The notes below the pieces were generated by a model, which worked only from the letters and a program-made list of their open reading frames with translations, was not told the origin of the DNA and searched no databases. The translations under genes were made by a program, and so were the position numbers. From Desulfobacterales bacterium (GTDB lineage Bacteria > Desulfobacterota > Desulfobacteria > Desulfobacterales > UBA2174), in the NCBI GenBank assembly GCA_963668645.2, contig CAXXWC010000021.1:96001-160000 (forward strand): a stretch of DNA of 64,000 nucleotides. Reading direction: 5' to 3'. The stretch's first letter is position 1. Each line of letters starts with the position of its first letter. Shown here piece by piece: positions 59,001-64,000 of this stretch.

Positions 59001-62000
59001 GCGACAAGATCGTCATATCCTGGTGGCCGGCCAGCAATGACAGCTATTATTACCGTGTCTACAGGACCACGAATTTCAGTCCCGAGGGAGATCCCGCCGC
59101 AAGCTTGGCGACCCCTGTTTCAGGATGGCAGCAAAGTATTTCAGTCTTCGAGGATACAACGGGAATCCCGGGCGTCGACTATGGGTACTTTGTGTCCCGG
59201 GCATACGATGCCAACGGAAACCGGGAAAGCGACTGGCAACGGTGCAGCGCATGTTTCGATTCCGGATGGCGGGCACTTTCATCACCGACCGGCATCGGGG
59301 CTTCTCCAGGCACTTTTGCCGACCGCATTCGCGTGACCTGGGCTGCTGCCGAAGGTGCTACCCATTACCGGGTGTACCGGGGCACAAGCGAAGCATACTC
59401 CCTCAAAAATCCGCCGGTTCCGATCTCCGGCTTTATCACCGGAACTCAGTTCGACGACATGGACCCGGCCCTGGAATCCAAAACCACATATTATTATTGG
59501 GTGACAGGGGCCATTAACGCGGCCGGGGACCGTGAATCGGGAAGCATCGGCACCCTGGGAAAGCGCGGATACAAGGCATCTTCTCCGCCTGACGGTGTAT
59601 CAGCTACGGACGGCGCGCATACGAATAAAATTGTGATTGTCTGGAATCCGGTTCCCGGCCTCGATGAATACCGGGTTTACCGCAATACCGTAAACGATCC
59701 GGATACCGCCGCCAGGCTGAGCGGCTGGCAGACATCCCTCACCTTTGACGACGAGACCGCAGACACTGGTCAGGTATACTATTACTGGGTCAAAGCCCGT
59801 CTGAACGCAAAGGACACCGAACCGAGCCCCTCAAGCGAGGTCGATACGGGATATCGCGGCTTTGTGCCGCCGGCAGGGGTTGCTGCCAGCGATGGAACCC
59901 ATACGGATAAAGTGGCTGTGTCGTGGCAGGCGTCGCCCGGGGCGGAGTATTACCGGGTTTACCGGAGCACGTCGAACGACCCGACTGGGGCCGTGGCGGC
60001 GAGTGCCTGGCAAACCGCCCTGTCGTATGAAGATACGGGTGCCAACGTTGGGATTGAATACCACTACTTTGTGGCGGCCGCAGTCAACAGCCGGGGGGGG
60101 CTGGCCAGTGAGCTGGGAACCGGCGATGCCGGTCATCGGGTTCTGGCCCCGCCGAAAAGCCTTCTGGTATCTCAGGGAACCTATAAATCGCTTATCGGAA
60201 TTTCCTGGGACAAGGGTAACGACGAGTCGATCCGTTACAGGGTTTTCCGATCCATGGTAAACGATCCGGCCACGGCCCAGGCCGCAAGCGGCTGGCAAAG
60301 CGCCCTGACGTTCGAGGACACGGCCGTTGACCCAGGCCAGACCTACTATTACTGGGTAAAGGGGAGCGCAGACGTCGATGGAGCAATAGAAAGCGCCTGG
60401 AGCAATAACGGAATCGGCCAGTCCGGCTATGCCTGTGCCACACCCGATCCGCCGGTCAACTTTAGGGAACAGGGCACGGATGCCGAGGGAATCGGGTTGT
60501 CCTGGGATCCGACCCCCGGGGCCCGCCGGTATCAACTGCTGCGTCATACCGCCAACGATGTCGCCAATGCTCAGATATTGGCAGGCGGACTTGGCGGCAC
60601 CGATGTCAGTTCAGCCCCGGCAGAGGGTCTGAGCGGCGCCGATGCCGGGGATCCGACCCCGGTACTTCCCGGGGATTTGACTGTAGCTTTTTACAAAGAC
60701 AGTTCCGCGGTACCGGGAATGGCCTATTACTACTGGGTTTCAGTACAAAACGAATGCATGGTCTGGAGTGATCCGGCGCCGCTGGCCGGCCCGGCAATCC
60801 GTCCCCTGGGTTCGGCCTGCATCGAGAGTGTTACGGACGGGACCTCGACTCAAGAGATCCGGATCACGGCCCAAGGGGTGGATTCGGCCACGCATTACTG
60901 TTTTTATTACGATACGGAAGACTCTCCGGATAACGCTGTACCGTTGCCCGGCGCCTGCTGGGTGCCGGATACCACGGTGTCGCATACGGGAACCGAACCG
61001 GGCCGGACGCATTACTACTGGGTGAGGGCGGCAACCGGGCCGGCCGGAGAAAACGCCGGCGATCTGGGCGGCGGATGTCCGGATAACAGTGGATGGCGGG
61101 CTCTGGAACCGTTGGTGGGGATATCGGCAACCGACGGGTCATATACGGATAAGGTGCAGGTTTCCTGGGCTTTCATTTCCGGAGCGACCCATTACCGGGT
61201 TTATCGAAGCCTGGAAAACAATCCGGCCACAGCTCTGCCTGTCAGCGAATGGCAAAGCAGCACGGATTTTGACGACACGAGCGCCGCTGCAGGAGAGTTC
61301 TATTACTATTGGGTGACCGGGGCTGTGGATGCCGCCGGAACCCGGGAGAGCGCTTGGAGTGGCGGCGGGGTCGGGGAACAGGGGTATGCCTGCCCGACGC
61401 CCGAATCAGCGACCAATTTCCGTCAGCAGGGAACAGATGCCGACGGGATCGGACTGTCCTGGGATGAAATGAGCGGCGCGCGCGGATACAGACTGCTACG
61501 CCAGACGACTGACGATTCGGCTCAGGCCGAAGTGATTGTCGAAAACATGATCGGCACTTTCTACAAGGACACTGCCGCTGTGCCCGGTGTGGGTTACTAC
61601 TACTGGATTTTGGTGCAAAACGATTGTGCCGCCTGGAGTGATCCAGCGCCTCTGGCCAGCGCGGCAATCCGTCCCCTGGCATCGGCCTGCATCGAGAGTG
61701 TTACGGACGGGACCTCGACACAAGAGATCCGGATCACGGCCCAAGGGGTGGATTCGGCCACGCATTACTGTTTTTATTACAATACGGAAGACGCTCCGGA
61801 TACCGCTGTACCGTTGCCCGGCGCCTGCTGGGTGCCGGATACCACGGTTTCGTATACGGGAACCGAACCGGGCCGGACGCATTACTACTGGGTAAAGGCG
61901 GCAACCGGTCCGGCCGGAGAAAACGCCGGTGATCTCGGCGGCGGATGCCCGGATAACAGTGGATGGCGGGCTCTGGAACCGCCGCAGGGGATATCGGCGT

Positions 62001-62467
62001 CTGACGGGTTACACACCGATAAAGTGATCGTTTCCTGGCAGCCGGTTCTGGGGGCCAGCCAATACCGGGTCTATCGGAGCCTCGAGAACAATCCGGCAAT
62101 GGCCCAGCCCGTGAGCGGCTGGCAAAGCGCCATGATCTTTGAGGATGAGGCCGTGACGGCCGGCCAGACTTATCATTACTGGGTCGCTGGCGCTGTGGAT
62201 GCAGAAGGAGAAAAAGAAAGCGCATGGAGCGCTTCCGAATCGGGTTATCCATCACTGATTCCGGGGGATATCGATGGAAACGGAACCGTCAATCTTTCGG
62301 ATGCCATTGTGACCCTTCAACTCCTTTCTGGAATGACGACATCATTTCCTGTTCATGCATCCGGGGATGTGAACGGGAATAAAAAGATCGGTATCGAAGA
62401 AATAGGCTATATTCTAAAGGTCACGGCAAATGTTGTACCGTTAGGTGAACTTCTATCGCCCCGATAG
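56036..62467 (+). CDS. Giant secreted protein: metzincin-like protease domain, CARDB/Ig-like domain, many Fn3 repeats, C-terminal dockerin-like repeat
   Basis: Signal peptide; HELGHTLG and downstream Met-turn (PTVMN); repeated W....GA..YRVYR...YYYWV units; GDIDGNGTVNLSDA...GDVNGNKKIG; GGAGG RBS. Confidence 0.85.
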   Translation: MRSGLRCLKMALVVLFIVFYSIGYQIPAFAFIPEIAFDDMVQLADIVFVGKAEQLSPRIAKNRKMVETDVIFTQIQVIHQKDTVTENIGSQITLTYEGGRFNDAYTLVSDMPSIETGQRYLVFAYYDGQSHANPFVGGMQGLMKIAADEITGKQYPLKRGDSGISEIREGRLRLSPGIKKIRRGVLEKAGSRMDVKRAADPKTPELWPAKPRSHKDRMPQKIMDLDEFTGHIEKSLNKRPSKQVLEKWGKRAASALHRPSDPAAAVEENGWEFSDGGKIIVLNPDKVHCPPVESKIDGEAAVYDQKTAVTSPSGGTSWDDIWIYGWHDLPVIMDLVPTDYWTYVYDTQAMGQYNLYIDELFRVRPWDGGFANYNTYSEFCGFLTDAQKKDAYGSGWGDAIAVCRIIGAACESCQIFEADVMFAAEENWTGDYQCQLSRGVSDSPCYQTYLYLPVAVHELGHTLGLLSGGKDESYDYDIPTVMNGGLENAVEDGRGLHVGDAYLLRYWYADQRSSASMNYDDIGIESWVSQGGTVNAVTDKRAYDIGEQIWIDNVTVENIGRHDAPNVRIRAFLSKQGELKSLISERNELDLDLIPADRMLIGPPPSNEYYEWSNLSSNTFWAGELAFVIPDHIPMGDYYINLVVTANNDQSVIGAEPGDTSYHEITIQNNHTFVKLPIEVTCPEPSAPANFSIQETDVDGVVLTWDAVADARYYKVMRVPVDDPQNTTILTSTLTANSYKDTSGVPGTYYYYGVSAQSSCRAWSDWAFSSWAASRLLTPPCIKSATDGTSADEIQVIAQRVDQGDYYCFYYSTVNDPATAVQVPGECWTSDTSALHMNATPGQTYYYWAKAATSDTGNRASGLGGACPDHSGWRKLSPPAEVTASQSDTEGIRISWSAVSGAAAYQVYRHTENNPAAATAITDWWADLLTFFDSPLDEGRQYYYWVRSSVGANGDRPSDFSASAVGWKSYEPAHKVDMTGLGASKGSSGDKIVISWWPASNDSYYYRVYRTTNFSPEGDPAASLATPVSGWQQSISVFEDTTGIPGVDYGYFVSRAYDANGNRESDWQRCSACFDSGWRALSSPTGIGASPGTFADRIRVTWAAAEGATHYRVYRGTSEAYSLKNPPVPISGFITGTQFDDMDPALESKTTYYYWVTGAINAAGDRESGSIGTLGKRGYKASSPPDGVSATDGAHTNKIVIVWNPVPGLDEYRVYRNTVNDPDTAARLSGWQTSLTFDDETADTGQVYYYWVKARLNAKDTEPSPSSEVDTGYRGFVPPAGVAASDGTHTDKVAVSWQASPGAEYYRVYRSTSNDPTGAVAASAWQTALSYEDTGANVGIEYHYFVAAAVNSRGGLASELGTGDAGHRVLAPPKSLLVSQGTYKSLIGISWDKGNDESIRYRVFRSMVNDPATAQAASGWQSALTFEDTAVDPGQTYYYWVKGSADVDGAIESAWSNNGIGQSGYACATPDPPVNFREQGTDAEGIGLSWDPTPGARRYQLLRHTANDVANAQILAGGLGGTDVSSAPAEGLSGADAGDPTPVLPGDLTVAFYKDSSAVPGMAYYYWVSVQNECMVWSDPAPLAGPAIRPLGSACIESVTDGTSTQEIRITAQGVDSATHYCFYYDTEDSPDNAVPLPGACWVPDTTVSHTGTEPGRTHYYWVRAATGPAGENAGDLGGGCPDNSGWRALEPLVGISATDGSYTDKVQVSWAFISGATHYRVYRSLENNPATALPVSEWQSSTDFDDTSAAAGEFYYYWVTGAVDAAGTRESAWSGGGVGEQGYACPTPESATNFRQQGTDADGIGLSWDEMSGARGYRLLRQTTDDSAQAEVIVENMIGTFYKDTAAVPGVGYYYWILVQNDCAAWSDPAPLASAAIRPLASACIESVTDGTSTQEIRITAQGVDSATHYCFYYNTEDAPDTAVPLPGACWVPDTTVSYTGTEPGRTHYYWVKAATGPAGENAGDLGGGCPDNSGWRALEPPQGISASDGLHTDKVIVSWQPVLGASQYRVYRSLENNPAMAQPVSGWQSAMIFEDEAVTAGQTYHYWVAGAVDAEGEKESAWSASESGYPSLIPGDIDGNGTVNLSDAIVTLQLLSGMTTSFPVHASGDVNGNKKIGIEEIGYILKVTANVVPLGELLSPR
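60764..61981 (+). repeat. Near-identical intragenic duplication (~350 bp; 60764-61111 and 61634-61981)
   Basis: Two copies 870 bp apart encoding ACIESVTDGTSTQEIRITAQGVDSATHYCFYY...GWRALEP with few substitutions. Confidence 0.9.
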
Positions 62468-62501
62468 TGAAATAAGGGCGAAATGCCGGGACAAATAATT
62501 C

Positions 62502-63248
62502 CTATTCAAATACATACTTACCACTCAGGACTTTTACATTCGGTGGAAGTTTATTGTTATTTTCGAAAAAATCATAACCTTCCTTTAGATTGGACCAGAA
62601 TTCGTACCATTTGTTCTCTTTGTGTTTTTCCATGCTTTTTGCGTTCATCTTGAATGGGAAAATATGAACCCTGAAAAATGGTTGCCCGTTCCGTAAGGCA
62701 GCGTCAACCAAGGTGTAAATTTCTTCTATACCACTATCGGTCATGGCATAGCATCCTATTGAAACGCAACTTCCATGGACCATCAAGGCACTGCCGGTTC
62801 TACCGTGGTATCTGTCATAGCTGTTCGGGTATCCCAGATTGAATGACAGATGAAAGTTGCTAACCGGGTTTAGAGAGGCAGGTCTTACGAAATAAAAACC
62901 TTCGGGTGCTTTTCCGTCTCCTCTTTTGACTTTGGGACCAAGGCCTCCAAACCCATACGTACAAACCGGATATGTTTTGAACAATTTATATCTGCTTCCA
63001 CTTTTCAGCCATACTTCTATAATTTTTTCTTCTTTAAAAATTCTCACAAATATCGAGGCGCCAAAACTTAAATCTTTGTCTGAAAGCTCTTTTACAATTC
63101 TTGGTTTAATTCGATGAATTACCTCGCGTGATCGTGTACTTGAAGGAATTTCATCTTTTGCGATGCATGAGGCTGGCGAAAACAAAATCGCAATAAGGAC
63201 GATCCATAGAATCGATTTATTGGTGTGTATCCTATTTCTTATATTCAT
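62502..63248 (-). CDS. YkuD-fold L,D-transpeptidase family protein (YafK/DpaA-like)
   Basis: RIFKEE, GPK...GD.KAPEGFY, LNP.S.FHLSFNLGYPN, MVHGSCVSIGCYAMTD. Confidence 0.88.
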   Translation of the reverse strand: MNIRNRIHTNKSILWIVLIAILFSPASCIAKDEIPSSTRSREVIHRIKPRIVKELSDKDLSFGASIFVRIFKEEKIIEVWLKSGSRYKLFKTYPVCTYGFGGLGPKVKRGDGKAPEGFYFVRPASLNPVSNFHLSFNLGYPNSYDRYHGRTGSALMVHGSCVSIGCYAMTDSGIEEIYTLVDAALRNGQPFFRVHIFPFKMNAKSMEKHKENKWYEFWSNLKEGYDFFENNNKLPPNVKVLSGKYVFE

Positions 63249-63460
63249 ATCTTCGTCCAACGCATTTATAACCTGACGGTATGCAGCATCTTTGATGATG
63301 ATGAGATTCGTTAATCTTCAATAGTGCAAAATGCCATAATTGAATGATTTGGATAATATAGCATCAACGAATAGTTAAGTAACGTACCAGGGTTCTTTCT
63401 CTATGGCCGCCGGAGAATTTTGTGCCCGTAAAAAAAATGTATCTGGCCAAACCCGTCCCT

Positions 63461-63811
63461 CTATTCAGAGGTGTTACGTAAGTCCGATTCAAGAAGAAAT
63501 GGCAACTGCTTTTCACTTTGATCAAAATCAATATCTTTTAATATTTTAGGATATCCCGGTAAAAAAGTTTTAAAACACTTATTTGTGAAAGCCCTAATAT
63601 TTTGAACAACTTCACGCCGATTTAAAGAGTATAAATCAGCGACTTGCTGAAAGGGATCTTGTGCAACTCCACATCCTTGAATTTCAGCAATTGCATTGGC
63701 AATATGTACATCAGCTTTATTCAATTCACGAAACCCAATTGCTATCAAGATGGTGTCAATTAGCTCTTCTCGGTATTTGTTTAAATCTGCTATGAGAGGA
63801 TTTATGTCCAT
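63461..63811 (-). CDS. Hypothetical protein (AT-rich)
   Basis: 116-aa ORF from ATG 63811; the longer ORF start lies inside the repeat element. Confidence 0.55.
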   Translation of the reverse strand: MDINPLIADLNKYREELIDTILIAIGFRELNKADVHIANAIAEIQGCGVAQDPFQQVADLYSLNRREVVQNIRAFTNKCFKTFLPGYPKILKDIDFDQSEKQLPFLLESDLRNTSE

Positions 63812-63883
63812 TTCGAATTCTCTCTTGTTATTACTTATTATCAAATTCCATCTTTGTGACCATATTCGTTGATAATCCAACCC

Positions 63884-63995
63884 TGATACGTTCGTAAAAA
63901 GTCCGAAAAACGCCATTTTCTCAATTTTAGACCTAATGATTTCAATGTGTTACAGCGATTAAAATTTCAAAATTCGACTTTTTACGAACGAGTCA
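63884..63995. repeat. MITE-like inverted-repeat element, copy 2
   Basis: CGTTCGTAAAAAGTC / GACTTTTTACGAACG perfect 15-bp IR; same TGA-N5-TCGTAAAAAGTC geometry as copy 1. Confidence 0.75.
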
Positions 63996-64000
63996 ACTCT

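Noticed and set aside
60764..61981. Template/variable repeat pair of a diversity-generating retroelement
   Set aside because: Both copies are in-frame within one CDS, differences are not adenine-specific and no reverse transcriptase is present
63255..63385. Possible integron attC site (GTTGGAC just upstream of the YafK-like gene, ACTTAAC further upstream)
   Set aside because: Core sites are not complementary, no L-box stem could be built and no integrase is present

Overview
Bacterial chromosomal window, probably from a GC-rich anaerobic deltaproteobacterium of the Desulfobacterales type (inferred from gene content). 1-32.9 kb is mostly housekeeping and metabolic: hydrolases, an SDR, a stand-alone RelA/SpoT-like HD hydrolase, a sigma54-type NifX/DUF5320/radical SAM cluster, cyclophilin, recQ followed by a giant exonuclease-RecQ-UvrD fusion, azlCD, an amino-acid ABC transporter, a GlcD-like oxidoreductase and an aminotransferase. 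From about 33 kb the sequence is visibly less GC-rich and accessory. It carries a complete Flp/Tad pilus locus (two CpaB paralogues, each with a doubled RcpC module), converging on two secreted proteins with cohesin-like domains and C-terminal dockerin-like repeats. Next is a cNMP-domain/AraC regulator behind a cobalamin riboswitch and intrinsic terminator. The same 41-bp motif (ACCGCAA-N16-CGCAA-N8-GAGCA, AraC-like 21-bp periodicity) lies upstream of both the tad operon and the cohesin/dockerin operon. This suggests an undescribed B12-gated regulon coupling a Tad pilus to a cohesin-dockerin surface complex. Further right are an IS3 element nested in an IS200 element, two copies of a small inverted-repeat element, panE, hicAB, two gene relics, a 2143-aa metzincin/Fn3/dockerin protein and a YafK/DpaA-like enzyme. 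No rRNA, tRNA or CRISPR array was seen.
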